64,000 nucleotides of DNA from the IMG/VR virus record IMGVR_UViG_3300025154_000052, positions 1 to 64,000 of that record; one strand, 5' to 3'. The position numbers and the translations under genes were made by a program. The notes under the pieces were generated by a model. The model worked only from the letters and a program-made list of their open reading frames with translations, was not told the origin of the DNA and searched no databases. Source of the stretch: a virus. Positions 1-10,682 of this stretch are shown piece after piece (position 1 is the stretch's first letter; every line of letters starts with the position of its first letter).

Positions 1-816
1 CGTGCTGCAGGAGGCGCCTTCGCTGGGTTACTCGCCTCTCCACTCCTGCAGCACGGAATGCGCGTGGTCAAGGCTGTACGAGCCTGGGACGCGAAGAAGT
101 ATGAATGGGGGCCAGGTGGGAGCAAGGTCCCCTCGAACGGTCCCATCACAGCCACGTTCGACGCTGTGGACAAAGCATCGGTGAACTTCCTTCGAAAGTC
201 CACCGTCAACTTCGTGACCGACCAGTTTAAACAGCGTTCAGCCCAATGGAGTGAAGCCGCACGCTCCATTACCGCTCGGGGCTTCGAACAGGGGCTATCG
301 GGTGACGAGATCGGTAAGGACCTGTCCAGATGGCTCGAGGTCCGGGGAGGCAATCCAAACTACTATCGCGTTGTGGCCAATGCCTACACGGTGAGGGCTG
401 AAGCCTATGGACACCTGAGCACTTACAGTAAAGCTGGAATTGAGACGGCAATTTTTACAGCTATACTGGACGAGAGGACCAGCGATCAGTGTAGATGGGC
501 TGACGGCAAGTTTGTTAATGTTGGACGCGCGCTTGATTTACTCAAAGGGCTCGAGTCCCTCGATGATCCGATGGACGTCAAGTACGAGAATCCATGGGTC
601 AGAGAGAGACAACTCGACGACGGCAAGAAGGAGATATTCGTCCGTGGCAAGGACGGGACAGACACCGTTCTCGCTGAGATCTCCCGGTCAGGGATGGGGA
701 ACAGGGACGACCGGGGAGAGTACACGGATAAGGTCAACGATATCCTCTCCCAAAGCATAGGGCCCCCTCCACTGCACGGGTTGTGTCGGTCTACACTCCA
801 GCCTGTGATCGTCTGA
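1..816 (+). CDS. Head morphogenesis / minor capsid protein (Mu gpF / SPP1 gp7-like), 5' partial
   Basis: Frame is open from base 1. TAILDERTSDQC...PPLHGLCRS (C...HxxCR) pattern. Sits just before the protease and capsid genes. Confidence 0.8.
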   Translation, partial: RAAGGAFAGLLASPLLQHGMRVVKAVRAWDAKKYEWGPGGSKVPSNGPITATFDAVDKASVNFLRKSTVNFVTDQFKQRSAQWSEAARSITARGFEQGLSGDEIGKDLSRWLEVRGGNPNYYRVVANAYTVRAEAYGHLSTYSKAGIETAIFTAILDERTSDQCRWADGKFVNVGRALDLLKGLESLDDPMDVKYENPWVRERQLDDGKKEIFVRGKDGTDTVLAEISRSGMGNRDDRGEYTDKVNDILSQSIGPPPLHGLCRSTLQPVIV

Positions 817-884
817 TTCCTGCCCGATTTTGACGCCCTTCCTGCCTACCTGCTACCGTGGACTCAAAACCTATTTGGTGATTC

Positions 885-3800
885 ATGGCAGACAAATTTC
901 CCGCCCGAATGATTCGTGCCTTCAAAGTCGGTCTGAAGTGGCATAGCGAGGGCTTTAGCGGCGACGGGCTGAAGCCTGAAACGGTGCGTCGTGCTCAGGG
1001 AGTAGTCGACGGGGACACGACTCCGTCTGATGACTGGGTTAAGGAAGCCTCCGCATGGCATTCCCGGCACCACTCCAATGGTGTCAGCAAGATCGACGCA
1101 AGGAAGGCAGACCCAGTCCCGCTTGATGTGGCAACGGCACTCTGGGGAATACTGGGGCCATCGGATGCAAAGTGGTGGGACAACCAGGCACAGGAGCTCG
1201 CAGAAACGATGAAAGACGCCATTGCGATCGTTATCAAGGACACCTACTCTGTCGGCGGACTCCATCGGCTCGACTTCTCCGACGACACCTATCTGTCGGT
1301 GGAGGACGTCGAGAAGTGGCTTGCTGCCAACTTCTACGCCATCGAAGATGACGAGGCTATCACCAAGACGGGGAACCGCTGGGTCGCTACCATCCGTGCC
1401 GAGAGCAAGTTCCAGTCAGGCAATCCCCGCTTTCATCCGCTTCCACTCGGTGATGGCGTGACCGCCTACATCGGCGTCCCGCTGCCCAAGCAGGCTAAGC
1501 CTCCGCGTAAGACCAATAAGCCGGTGGAAGGTGGTCCCATTGTTCCTGAGATCGTGGATGTCGAGTCGCTGGCCTCGGGTGGTGAGGTCAAGACCGAGCC
1601 GACACTGAAGGCCGATGAGCCGACAGCCGACATGACCGATGACGAGGCGAAAGCCGCACAGCAGGCCCGAGCCGGACGGTTCGCCATCGAGATTCTCGAA
1701 AGTACCAACCTTCGATTTCCCAAAGGGTTCCCCATAAGCCTCGAGGACTACGGGGATCCTGTCAATCTCAAGTATCCGCTCATACCGAAGGGGCGACTGC
1801 GGAACGCCCTGTCCCGATTCACCGCCAATTACGAGGAGTATACCAAGCCTCGCTCCCGGAAGATCGTGTTCAGCCGTATCGTGTTAAGGGCACTCCAGGA
1901 AGGTGTCACGGTCGACCCTGATAGCACCCTGGTGAAGACTCTTCTGGCCCCTGATCTGAAGCGGCGCGTGGATGAGCAGGTACAGGAAACCGCCAAGGAG
2001 ATGGTCGCGAAACTGGATCTGGGTGGCGGAACCATTCAGGACTTCATGGCGCTACTCGAGCGGGCCGTTACGAGCGCTGCCAAAGATGGGTTGTGGGGAA
2101 CCTATAATCACAGCGACCACTACTATCCCGGCTACATCCACGCGGTCATGGAGACGGAGGTCATCGTCTACAACTACCGCGATGTGATGTACTACCGTGC
2201 AGGCTGGGCACGGAACGGCGACACGATCACGTTCAGCGACGTCCAGGAAGTCAAGGCGGTAGTTTCATTCATTTCGGTGGAGCCGCCGAAGCCTCCTGAG
2301 TCCGTCACCGTACAGACAGAGAAGATCGATCTGGCCGGACAATCGGTCGAAGTATTCCGGCGTGACATGTACGATGCGGTGAAGAAGGCAGGACTTACAG
2401 GCATCTTCGGACCCACGGATCATGACTACTGCCCGGCCAGTTTGGACGGTGTCTACGAGACATACATTATCGTTTACAACTATCGCAATGATGGCTTCTA
2501 CCAGACCGACTGGACCAAGTCCGCAGATGGCTCAATCACCTTCTCGAACGTAACCCAGGTGGAGGCGGTCGTCTCGTTCAAGCCGGTGGCAAAGCAGTTC
2601 AACAAGACCGATCTGGATGATGTCCTGGCCGACTGGAAACATTTGCCTGCCGAGATGACGCAGGCGTCCGTACTCAAAGCGGTCGCGGACTTCGAAGCGA
2701 AGATCGACGCACTACCTATTCCAAACCGAACACAGACCTACAAGGGCGCAGATGGGAACACGGTGCGACTCGTCCCCATCCTGAAGATCGACGCACCCAA
2801 TCGAATTGTTTCCTACGAGGTCTATCGGCCATACGAGAAGGACACTCACGGGGACTGGATGTCCCCTGAGACGATCTACAACGCCATGACCTTCTGGATG
2901 GAGAAAAGTCAGGAATTCGATGCCGACCACGACTATGCCAAGCGAGACGCGCGAGTCGTTGAGAACTGGCAGGTGAAGTCGGGTGATACCACGGCACCCG
3001 AAGGCACATGGATGCAGTCTGCCAAGATCATGGATGACAGCCTCTGGAAGTCCATTGAGGCAGGTGAATACGGCTATGTGTCCATCGCAGGGACGGCAAA
3101 GCCTGTCCAGGGGAGTGAACCTCCAGCCATGAAAATGAAGCAGAACGCAGAACTCCAAGAGATGGAGGTCTGGAAAGTATCCTTCGTCAATCGAGGTGCC
3201 AATTCAGGCCAGGGTGTGAAGTCGTTCAGTGTCTTCAAGTCGGGCGATGACTTCGAGTCTGAAGCATTGACTCGCATTTTTGACAGTCAGTCAAGTGACG
3301 TGTCAACTTCAAAGCAGAGTATGTGGAAGCGCGTTTGGGACTGGATCGTTGGTGGTCCGGCACAGAGTGAGACTGACAGCTTCCTCAAAGAGTTTGAATC
3401 GACCATCCGGGAGAGTGACATGAAGGATGTACTCAAGGGTATCGCCCAGTTCGTGCGCGAGAACCACCAGAAGGACCCCACGGCAACCGTCCAGGCGCTG
3501 AAGGACGTTCACGGCGGCGTCGGTCTGCTCATCAGCGAGATCGAGAAGACCACCACGAAGCCGACCGAGACCGAGAAGACCGAAGCCGACAAGACCACGG
3601 AAAAGGCTGACATGGCGTGCCCGTCCTGCAAGGCCATGAACACCAAGGAAGCCAAGTTCTGCAGTTCGTGCGGTGGCTCCATGAAGCCGAAGGCCGAGAA
3701 GACCGAGAACGCGGACGCGCTCAAGGAGAAGACCGAGAACGCGGCAGTCGACCCGTCCGTTGCCCTGAAGGCCGAGATGGAAGCGCTCAAGGCACAGATG

Positions 3801-4103
3801 ACCGACTTCACCAAGGCCCAGCAGGCACTGAAGGACGAGAATGCCGTGCTGAAGGCCCAGGCCGATAAGGCCCAGACCGATAAGGCCACAGCTGAGAAGG
3901 ACGCCGCTGCAAAGGCTGCGCTGCTGAAGGATGCCGGGCTGGGTGGCAACACCACGACATCGGACGCTGACGCCGGGAAGCAGAACACCGAGAAGTCCGA
4001 TCCGTGGGCCGAAGTCGACGCCGTGGGCCGATCCTACAAGGTCGCGGGCGCCACGGGCCGTCCCCGTGTGGAGAAGGCGTCGGACGACGACGATTCCTGG
4101 TAA
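885..4103 (+). CDS. Multidomain prohead protease/scaffold (XkdF-like protease domain, tandem repeat domains, zinc ribbon, coiled-coil scaffold tail)
   Basis: IVSYEVYRPYEKDTHGDWM...FDADH...VVENWQV...WMQSAKI...YVSIAG resembles XkdF-type proteases. Also CPSC...CSSC and an Ala/Lys/Glu-rich C-terminus. Directly upstream of the capsid gene. Confidence 0.75.
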   Translation: MADKFPARMIRAFKVGLKWHSEGFSGDGLKPETVRRAQGVVDGDTTPSDDWVKEASAWHSRHHSNGVSKIDARKADPVPLDVATALWGILGPSDAKWWDNQAQELAETMKDAIAIVIKDTYSVGGLHRLDFSDDTYLSVEDVEKWLAANFYAIEDDEAITKTGNRWVATIRAESKFQSGNPRFHPLPLGDGVTAYIGVPLPKQAKPPRKTNKPVEGGPIVPEIVDVESLASGGEVKTEPTLKADEPTADMTDDEAKAAQQARAGRFAIEILESTNLRFPKGFPISLEDYGDPVNLKYPLIPKGRLRNALSRFTANYEEYTKPRSRKIVFSRIVLRALQEGVTVDPDSTLVKTLLAPDLKRRVDEQVQETAKEMVAKLDLGGGTIQDFMALLERAVTSAAKDGLWGTYNHSDHYYPGYIHAVMETEVIVYNYRDVMYYRAGWARNGDTITFSDVQEVKAVVSFISVEPPKPPESVTVQTEKIDLAGQSVEVFRRDMYDAVKKAGLTGIFGPTDHDYCPASLDGVYETYIIVYNYRNDGFYQTDWTKSADGSITFSNVTQVEAVVSFKPVAKQFNKTDLDDVLADWKHLPAEMTQASVLKAVADFEAKIDALPIPNRTQTYKGADGNTVRLVPILKIDAPNRIVSYEVYRPYEKDTHGDWMSPETIYNAMTFWMEKSQEFDADHDYAKRDARVVENWQVKSGDTTAPEGTWMQSAKIMDDSLWKSIEAGEYGYVSIAGTAKPVQGSEPPAMKMKQNAELQEMEVWKVSFVNRGANSGQGVKSFSVFKSGDDFESEALTRIFDSQSSDVSTSKQSMWKRVWDWIVGGPAQSETDSFLKEFESTIRESDMKDVLKGIAQFVRENHQKDPTATVQALKDVHGGVGLLISEIEKTTTKPTETEKTEADKTTEKADMACPSCKAMNTKEAKFCSSCGGSMKPKAEKTENADALKEKTENAAVDPSVALKAEMEALKAQMTDFTKAQQALKDENAVLKAQADKAQTDKATAEKDAAAKAALLKDAGLGGNTTTSDADAGKQNTEKSDPWAEVDAVGRSYKVAGATGRPRVEKASDDDDSW

Positions 4104-4165
4104 TAGCAGCCGCTTCGATTGCTGCGCTGTTGAGCTAAACGCTCTTGCTGATGGGAGAATTTCAG

Positions 4166-5107
4166 ATGGCACAAGATTTCCGTTCTCTGTTCGAAAAAGC
4201 CGATATGGCGCTCGGTGAGCTCACCAGTAATGGAGGTGTGCTCCAGCCCGCACAGGCGGCAAAGTTCGTCGCCAAGATCCTCAGACGGGCCGTGGTCCTG
4301 CCGATGGCGCGAACCGTGACCATGAACGCGCCGAAGCAGCTCGTCGAGAAGATCGGCTTCACCACTCGCGTCATGCGTGCCGGCACGGCTAGAACCGCTC
4401 TCAGTGTGAACGACCGGTCCAAGCCTGTTACAGAGAAGGTGGAACTCGATTCGAAGTACCTCAAGGCCGAGGTTCGGCTGGACACCGCAATCCTCGAGGA
4501 CTCGATCGAGCGGGGAAACCTCCGGACCACGATCATGAACCGGCTGCTCGACGCCGTCCCCCGCGATCTCGACGAACTCGCGGTCAACGGTGACACGACC
4601 AGCTCCGATACCTACCTGGCCGTCATGGACGGGTATGTGAAGTTGGCGACGTCCCACACCTACGACGCCAACGACGCCGAACTCTCCGGCGATGTGTTGC
4701 GTCTCCTGCTCAGGCAGATCCCGGTTCAGTACCGGCGCAGTCTCGAGGACATGGCCTTCCTCACCGGATGGAATGCCGAGGTCGAGTATAGGAACACGTT
4801 CGGTCAGCGGGTGGGTATGGACGCCTACCTGCTGGAGAACAAGCGCATCCAGTACAGCGGCATTCCGCTGGTGCCGGTCGATGTTCATCTCGAGACGCTG
4901 GGAACGAACAGCGACCAGACCACCGTTCTCCTGTCCCCGCGACAGAACATGCTCATCGGCTTCTGGCGCCAGGTCAGCATCAAGACCGACGAGGACATCA
5001 GCAGCGATGAGATCATCGTGGTGGTGACCCTTCGTATGGCCGTGCAGTACGAGGAAGAGGACGCCGTTGCAAAGGCAACGGAAGTTCGAGTGCCGCTGGC
5101 TGCGTAA
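4166..5107 (+). CDS. Major capsid protein (HK97 fold)
   Basis: About 313 aa; GGVLQPAQAAKF, ILEDSIE, LAVNGD, VTLRMAVQYEEEDA. ATG at 4166 follows GGAG. Position after protease/scaffold. Confidence 0.85.
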   Translation: MAQDFRSLFEKADMALGELTSNGGVLQPAQAAKFVAKILRRAVVLPMARTVTMNAPKQLVEKIGFTTRVMRAGTARTALSVNDRSKPVTEKVELDSKYLKAEVRLDTAILEDSIERGNLRTTIMNRLLDAVPRDLDELAVNGDTTSSDTYLAVMDGYVKLATSHTYDANDAELSGDVLRLLLRQIPVQYRRSLEDMAFLTGWNAEVEYRNTFGQRVGMDAYLLENKRIQYSGIPLVPVDVHLETLGTNSDQTTVLLSPRQNMLIGFWRQVSIKTDEDISSDEIIVVVTLRMAVQYEEEDAVAKATEVRVPLAA

Positions 5108-5121
5108 TTCGCTGACCGGGT

Positions 5122-5149
5122 CGGGGGCTTAACACGCCCCCGTTCTCCT
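5122..5149 (+). terminator. Stem-loop after capsid gene (weak terminator or processing site)
   Basis: CGGGGGC-TTAACAC-GCCCCCG followed by TTCTCCT. Confidence 0.4.
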
Positions 5150-5168
5150 CAGTTACAGGGAGAGATCT

Positions 5169-6380
5169 ATGAAGGGATTCTTTGGCGATGTCGTTCGCAC
5201 GCTGGTTCGAAAGAGCCACTTCGCAGGCGGTGCGAACCTGAGCGATGCGCCGGCAGACATGCCGAATCGTGCTTCGCTCGCGGCAGTCATCCGGGACCTG
5301 GTGACCGATATTTCGGGCATTCAGCACACCAAGCCCGCCACGGCGGCAGTGAGTGCGCCGGCAGCGGTGACTGTGCAGGGGTCGATTCCCGCTGCTCAGA
5401 ACCCTCTGGCCACGGTGACGGGCGGAACAACGGTCACGGACACTGTCGCTGAGACCGTGTCTCGCACGCTGACGATCGCTACGAACGCGTTGACGTCGGG
5501 CAAGGTCTTCAAGGTGCGGTTCGGGGCGTATTTCCCGTCCACCAATGGCGCGGACACCGCTCGGGTACGTCTGCGACTGGGTGGTGTGGCCGGGACCATC
5601 CTGCTCGACAGCGGCGCCATCGACGTTGCCAACAATGACTTCGTCGTGGGCGACTTCGAAATGGTGGCGACCGGTGCTCCCGGTGCAGCCGTGCCGGTCA
5701 TCGGCTACGGCTACATCTGCGAGCCCAGCGCAGCCGGAAGTCCGATAGTGTCCGGCGTCTCGCTGCCGACAAACACCTTCGCCACCAATGGAGCACTGGA
5801 TCTGGTGGTGACGATTGAGTTCTCGGCGGCAAGCGCGGATAACCAGGGCGTCTGCAACTACTTCCACATCTCGGCACCCGAGACCAACACGCTGGCCACG
5901 GATCACAACCTGGCCGCGACCGACGTCACTAACCTGCGCGCGACGGCAGCAAGCCTGGTGACCCTTACAAACGAACTCAGGACCAACGCCCTGGCGGCCG
6001 GAAAGACCGCGACGGCACGTTCGATCGTGTCCAACAACGCCCAGACGTACAACGTGAACGGCGGGAAGACGTTTGCCTTCCAGTTGGATGGGGTGGCGAT
6101 GTCCTGTCCCATTACCAGTGCAATCGCCACCGCGAACGCCACTGACGCCACTGCAGCCACCGCAGCCGAGGTGGTCACCATGCTCGAGAAGGCCGGGCTG
6201 AACCGGCTGGGCGTAGTCCCGAGCGTGAGCGGTGGGACGAAGGTGGCGCTCACCACGTCTCGGAAGGGTGCGTCCCGGACGCTCAACACCTTCTCCGGCA
6301 CGCTCGAAACTGTACTCGATCTTACCGGTGGTGTGGCCACGGCCGGCACCGGCTACGAGTCCCTGGTGGGTAACGCGTAG
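5169..6380 (+). CDS. Virion structural protein (putative head decoration/fibre)
   Basis: 403 aa, Ala/Thr/Gly-rich with beta-strand character; follows the capsid gene. Confidence 0.5.
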   Translation: MKGFFGDVVRTLVRKSHFAGGANLSDAPADMPNRASLAAVIRDLVTDISGIQHTKPATAAVSAPAAVTVQGSIPAAQNPLATVTGGTTVTDTVAETVSRTLTIATNALTSGKVFKVRFGAYFPSTNGADTARVRLRLGGVAGTILLDSGAIDVANNDFVVGDFEMVATGAPGAAVPVIGYGYICEPSAAGSPIVSGVSLPTNTFATNGALDLVVTIEFSAASADNQGVCNYFHISAPETNTLATDHNLAATDVTNLRATAASLVTLTNELRTNALAAGKTATARSIVSNNAQTYNVNGGKTFAFQLDGVAMSCPITSAIATANATDATAATAAEVVTMLEKAGLNRLGVVPSVSGGTKVALTTSRKGASRTLNTFSGTLETVLDLTGGVATAGTGYESLVGNA

Positions 6381-6417
6381 CCTTCTCTCAACCTGTGTAT
6401 GTGAAAGGATTTTCTTC

Positions 6418-7020
6418 ATGTCCGATTCCCTCTATGTCCGCATTCGTCGTGTCGGTCCCAACGAACCGAAGCCGAGCAACTACACCATCGGCGGTACCAA
6501 TTTCGAGTACAACCACGACGGGTGGTACAAGGTGTCCACCGTGTTTGGCGAGGGGCTTCGCAACAAGCGCAGCAATGTGCTGAACCCGAACAGCCCGCCA
6601 GTGTTCGAGGTGTTCACCCACGAGCAGGTCATCAACCTCGAGCAGTCCGAGGCCATGGCCAAGAGACTCGCCCTGCAGCGACAGCAGCGACAGGCGACCG
6701 GGGAACGGGTAAGCGCTGCGATTCCGAAGGACGCGATGGTGGACACCAAGCGGGTGGGACGTCTCAGTGAATCGCCCATCGTCGAACCCGAGAAAGTGCT
6801 GGTGGCTGAGCCCGTCGTGACCGCACCCGAACCGGAACCGGTGGCGCCTTCGTCCAGTGACAACTGGGACGACTCGGCCGAAGCGCCGGCACCGGCACTG
6901 GAAGAGAAGCCCGAAGTCATCGACTCTGGCAAACGGGCCGATGGGCCGAGTCTGGTGAAGGTCCCGGAGCCTGCCGTCAGACGGAGTGGCAAAACTCTTC
7001 GTGCGGAGAAACGGCGGTGA
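6418..7020 (+). CDS. Hypothetical protein (acidic Pro/Glu-rich C-terminus)
   Basis: ATG at 6418 after GAAAGGA; ORF runs to 7020 in the head cluster. Confidence 0.6.
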   Translation: MSDSLYVRIRRVGPNEPKPSNYTIGGTNFEYNHDGWYKVSTVFGEGLRNKRSNVLNPNSPPVFEVFTHEQVINLEQSEAMAKRLALQRQQRQATGERVSAAIPKDAMVDTKRVGRLSESPIVEPEKVLVAEPVVTAPEPEPVAPSSSDNWDDSAEAPAPALEEKPEVIDSGKRADGPSLVKVPEPAVRRSGKTLRAEKRR

Positions 7021-7316
7021 GTCTCTATATCACTTCCGACTTGGGACTGGCCGGATGGCTGCTGATACAAGATGACTCTGGCCAATCCAGGTTGAGTATG
7101 GAAGACGCTCAACGGTTGGATGACGGGAAGTTCCGTCTTGTCTTCTCGGACCCGCACGCTCGAGGGCCCGCTCTTGCCATCGAGTACCTGACCAGCGAAA
7201 GTGCGCAGCATGACCAGCAGGTACGGAACCTGAAGAGCCTGCTGCACAACAGGAGAAGCCATGGCGACACCGTGGAAACGAGAACTCCCGGTCCCCGAAT
7301 CTGTAGCCGCAGGTAG
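7017..7316 (+). CDS. Hypothetical small phage protein
   Basis: GTGA overlap with the previous stop codon; 99 aa. Confidence 0.55.
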   Translation: MSLYITSDLGLAGWLLIQDDSGQSRLSMEDAQRLDDGKFRLVFSDPHARGPALAIEYLTSESAQHDQQVRNLKSLLHNRRSHGDTVETRTPGPRICSRR

Positions 7317-7587
7317 GGCGCAGTCCATCCCACCGCTTGCGACCCCTTTGCATGTCCAGGTGATGGATGGTGCAGTCCAGTGGGATGGAACCGTCTCGCT
7401 GCAGGTGAGTCTAGACGGGGTCAACTTCGTCGACGTGGGCAATGCCGGTCTGGTGGGGATGACGGGTGTCCAAATCCCAAAAGCATCGCTCGAGGTCGTC
7501 AGTGAGTACGCTCGCTGGATTCGGGCGAATACCACCGTCTACGCTTCAGGCAAAGCCAGCATTATCCTGTCCGCCACTGAGGAGTAA
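7261..7587 (+). CDS. Hypothetical structural protein
   Basis: AGGAG RBS, 108 aa, beta-rich. Confidence 0.6.
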   Translation: MATPWKRELPVPESVAAGRAQSIPPLATPLHVQVMDGAVQWDGTVSLQVSLDGVNFVDVGNAGLVGMTGVQIPKASLEVVSEYARWIRANTTVYASGKASIILSATEE

Positions 7588-7592
7588 GCCTC

Positions 7593-8654
7593 ATGGCCAC
7601 CACTCGTGACACTGCCCTGGTCGGTACCGACCTTCTCCTTCAGATCAAATTCCAAGCGACTGCCACCTACACCTACTTCGATCCGTACTCGATCACGTCG
7701 GTACAGATTCTGGATACGGACGGTGTGACAGTCCTGCAGACCATCACCGGGTCCAATATCGTCCAGGTACAGACCGGCATCTACGAAGTGACCGGGCTGG
7801 CTGCCAACTACGACTCGGCGGGCACGTACTACGACCGATGGACGGTGGTCGTCAACGAGGGTGAGGCGGCGACCGTCTACACACTCCAGACGGCTGTTGC
7901 TGCCACGTCTTTGGTCAGTTCGTATCTGACGGTACAGGAGATGCGAGATCAGGGATTCACCGTTACGGCTTACCCCAACGATCAGGTAGCAGATGCCATC
8001 GACGTAGCTACCCAGTACATCGACGTAATGACCGGTCGATGGTTCGCTCCCAGAGCGTTCCCCGAGTCATCGCCGTTCATCGTTGATGGCTCAGGAACGC
8101 ACGTTCTCGAACTGCCCATACCCATCATTTCGATCTCCAAGATTGAGGTCACCAGCCGTGTTGACGGGTCGACGCTGTATGAAGTGGGCCTGGACACAGT
8201 GATGGTCTACACCCGTCATCTGCGAGGTCAGGTGACGGGTACGATGGATGACCGCGAGAATCCACGGATCGAACTCCTGCACACTACTCGCCGTGAAATG
8301 CGGCTGTACGATGACCAGGATGGCAAGTGGCCCGAGGGGAGCGGCAACGTCCAACTGTCCGGTTACTTCGGCTATACCGACTATGATCCGTCGAACGTGA
8401 GAGGTAAGACACCACGGCTCATCAAGCGTGCCTGCGCCCTACTCACAGTGCGCGAACTCCCGAAGTTGTCGCAGACACATAAGCGTGACACTTTGCGCCA
8501 CCGGTTTCGTATCTCGAGCCAGGAGACAAAGGACCAGAGTTTCAGCGTCACATCTTCGGCGCAACTGGTCGGGCGTGGCATGTTCACGGGCGACCCTGAG
8601 ATCGACTCTATCTTGACCATGAACATGCGTGCTTCGTATGTGGGGTCAGCATGA
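7593..8654 (+). CDS. Head-tail adaptor with N-terminal Ig-like domain
   Basis: YLTVQEMRDQG...IDVATQYIDVMTGRWF...LIKRACALL is an adaptor-like pattern; position in the neck cluster. Confidence 0.6.
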   Translation: MATTRDTALVGTDLLLQIKFQATATYTYFDPYSITSVQILDTDGVTVLQTITGSNIVQVQTGIYEVTGLAANYDSAGTYYDRWTVVVNEGEAATVYTLQTAVAATSLVSSYLTVQEMRDQGFTVTAYPNDQVADAIDVATQYIDVMTGRWFAPRAFPESSPFIVDGSGTHVLELPIPIISISKIEVTSRVDGSTLYEVGLDTVMVYTRHLRGQVTGTMDDRENPRIELLHTTRREMRLYDDQDGKWPEGSGNVQLSGYFGYTDYDPSNVRGKTPRLIKRACALLTVRELPKLSQTHKRDTLRHRFRISSQETKDQSFSVTSSAQLVGRGMFTGDPEIDSILTMNMRASYVGSA

Positions 8655-9160
8655 TGCTCGATCTGAACCCTGGCCTGGTGACTCAGTACCAGGTGATTGT
8701 CGGCAGACTCGACACAGAGAGCGACGACGCACCCGGCTACAACGACCTACTGCGTGAACCGGTTGGGGTCGACGACAACGGCGATGGAATAGCCGACCTC
8801 ATCAGGGCCGAGACACAGGTCACTCTGTACGCTCAGATCTCAACAGATACATGGGAGAAGTTGCGAATGGTGCAAGGTGGTATTGCACCGACTACTCAGA
8901 TTGAACTGGTGTTCGACCATGACGATCTTGTAACCGCTTCACTGATTGGTTCTGGCGGCGAATGTCTGATCAGAACGAATGACCGGCTCGTGTCTGTCTA
9001 TGACGAGGACGGCGTACTTCTGATTTCGTTCGACGACGATCCCGGTGCTACTGACCACCGGCCACCACTGAAGGTCGATCAGGTCCGCCCGTCAGGATTC
9101 ATGGTCAGTCAGCACTTGTGGGTAGTGACATTCAGCCAAGAGGATCGGTACGCCAGATGA
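8651..9160 (+). CDS. Head closure/stopper protein
   Basis: Synteny and size (169 aa); ATGA overlap. Confidence 0.45.
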   Translation: MMLDLNPGLVTQYQVIVGRLDTESDDAPGYNDLLREPVGVDDNGDGIADLIRAETQVTLYAQISTDTWEKLRMVQGGIAPTTQIELVFDHDDLVTASLIGSGGECLIRTNDRLVSVYDEDGVLLISFDDDPGATDHRPPLKVDQVRPSGFMVSQHLWVVTFSQEDRYAR

Positions 9161-9705
9161 GGCTGACAGGTGACTGGAGAACTGTTGGACCGATGCTAAA
9201 GGCGCTCAACATCGTTGCTCCCCAGATCGTTCATAGGGCTGTACAGCAGGAAGCGCTTCTTTACGAGAAGGAGATGAAGGAGCGCATCGTCAAGCAGGAT
9301 ATCGTCCCGCCTGAACTCAGTCCGCTGACATTGGCGATACGGAAACTCAACCGCAACTCAGGTACGAAAGCATTGGCGGTTACTGGTGCGCTGATGCGGT
9401 CGATCAAGACCATCACACCAGTCAACCCAACAGTCAAAGGATTCCAGGTCTTCGTCGGAGTCAATCGGAAGAGCAGGACGAATCTTCATGGCGGTAAAGG
9501 GTGGAGCGCCAAACTCATCAATGTAGCGATGGCTCAGGAATTAGGAACAAAGAAGTTCTACATCCGAGTCACGCCGAAACTTCGGAAGTTCTGGGCATTA
9601 CTCTGGTGGATGGGGTTCGTCGCTGCCCCGCTTAAGGCTTCTACCACTGTACTGGGACCGTTCCAAACGCCGGCGCGCCCTTTCATCGGCCCGGTACAGT
9701 GGTAG
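9157..9705 (+). CDS. Neck / tail completion protein (HK97 gp10 / Mu gpG-like)
   Basis: LAVTGALMRSI...AMAQELGT...PARPFIGP pattern; ATGA overlap at 9157. Confidence 0.65.
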   Translation: MRLTGDWRTVGPMLKALNIVAPQIVHRAVQQEALLYEKEMKERIVKQDIVPPELSPLTLAIRKLNRNSGTKALAVTGALMRSIKTITPVNPTVKGFQVFVGVNRKSRTNLHGGKGWSAKLINVAMAQELGTKKFYIRVTPKLRKFWALLWWMGFVAAPLKASTTVLGPFQTPARPFIGPVQW

Positions 9706-9785
9706 AATAAGAGCAAGTCTCCGGATCGAATCCGTGAGCGAGCGTTCAGTGAATTTAGACAGTCTGTTCGTCGATTTGGAGGCCG

Positions 9786-10682
9786 GTGATGCCTGCACCT
9801 ACCATCTCCACAGTGTCACCGTCGTCTGGGCTCACTCGAGGCCGAACGTATGTGCTCATCACCGGAACCAACTTCCCCGTTCAGGAGGTAGGCGAGGGCG
9901 ACGAGGATAAGGTGCTGGTCAAGTTCGGCACCGATGAAGCATTGAACGTTCAGGTGCAAAGTGCTACCCGGATCGTGTGCCAGTCACCGTCTCATGACCC
10001 GGGAGTGGTCAGTGTTTCGGTACAGAACATCGACACCGAGCAGACGGCGACAAAGGCCAGTGCGTTCACCTATGGCCGCCCAAACCTTACGGCTCCGTCT
10101 CATCTGCAAGAAGTGATCGAGGCGGTCGTCCGGATCTTCCGGCGTGAAGTGATCGAGGATGTGTCGCGCCTTAGCCACTCGGAATACGATCCGAATACCA
10201 GCGATACCAAGAGCATTCCTCAGCACGCCTCGCTTCCGTGTATCACATTAAATGGGCCACTCTCTGGCCCAAAGGACGCATGGACCGAGACGCAGGAGTC
10301 TACGTCGATCACTTACGACGCTGGTGGAGACCCGGTGTCGTTTGAAAAGCGGAGAGCTCCCACCCGTTGCAACCTCGTTTTTGAGCTTACAATCGGGGCG
10401 CGTTTTGACGTCGAGCTCTTCTCGCTGGTACATCACACTACAGAGACGCTGACTGTTACGCCGAAACTGGCTGTGCTTACACAGTCAGGGACGACTCTGG
10501 AATACGATTGGGATCTGATTGAAGAATTCGATCTCCCAAGTAAGGCAAATGATTCGGATGTAAGGGAAGCGTCATGCAGATTCGTGGTTCAAGGCGTTCT
10601 GTTCGAGGACGGCGAGACCCTGGAGCAGGGACCGGTGACGGACTCGAGCAGCATCATCCTCAGTTACGGGAGCCAGTCGTGA
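9786..10682 (+). CDS. IPT/TIG-domain protein fused to a putative tail terminator domain
   Basis: PTISTVSPSSG...VLITGTNF...VKFG...VQSATRIVCQSP is an IPT/TIG pattern. Located before the sheath gene. Confidence 0.6.
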   Translation: MMPAPTISTVSPSSGLTRGRTYVLITGTNFPVQEVGEGDEDKVLVKFGTDEALNVQVQSATRIVCQSPSHDPGVVSVSVQNIDTEQTATKASAFTYGRPNLTAPSHLQEVIEAVVRIFRREVIEDVSRLSHSEYDPNTSDTKSIPQHASLPCITLNGPLSGPKDAWTETQESTSITYDAGGDPVSFEKRRAPTRCNLVFELTIGARFDVELFSLVHHTTETLTVTPKLAVLTQSGTTLEYDWDLIEEFDLPSKANDSDVREASCRFVVQGVLFEDGETLEQGPVTDSSSIILSYGSQS

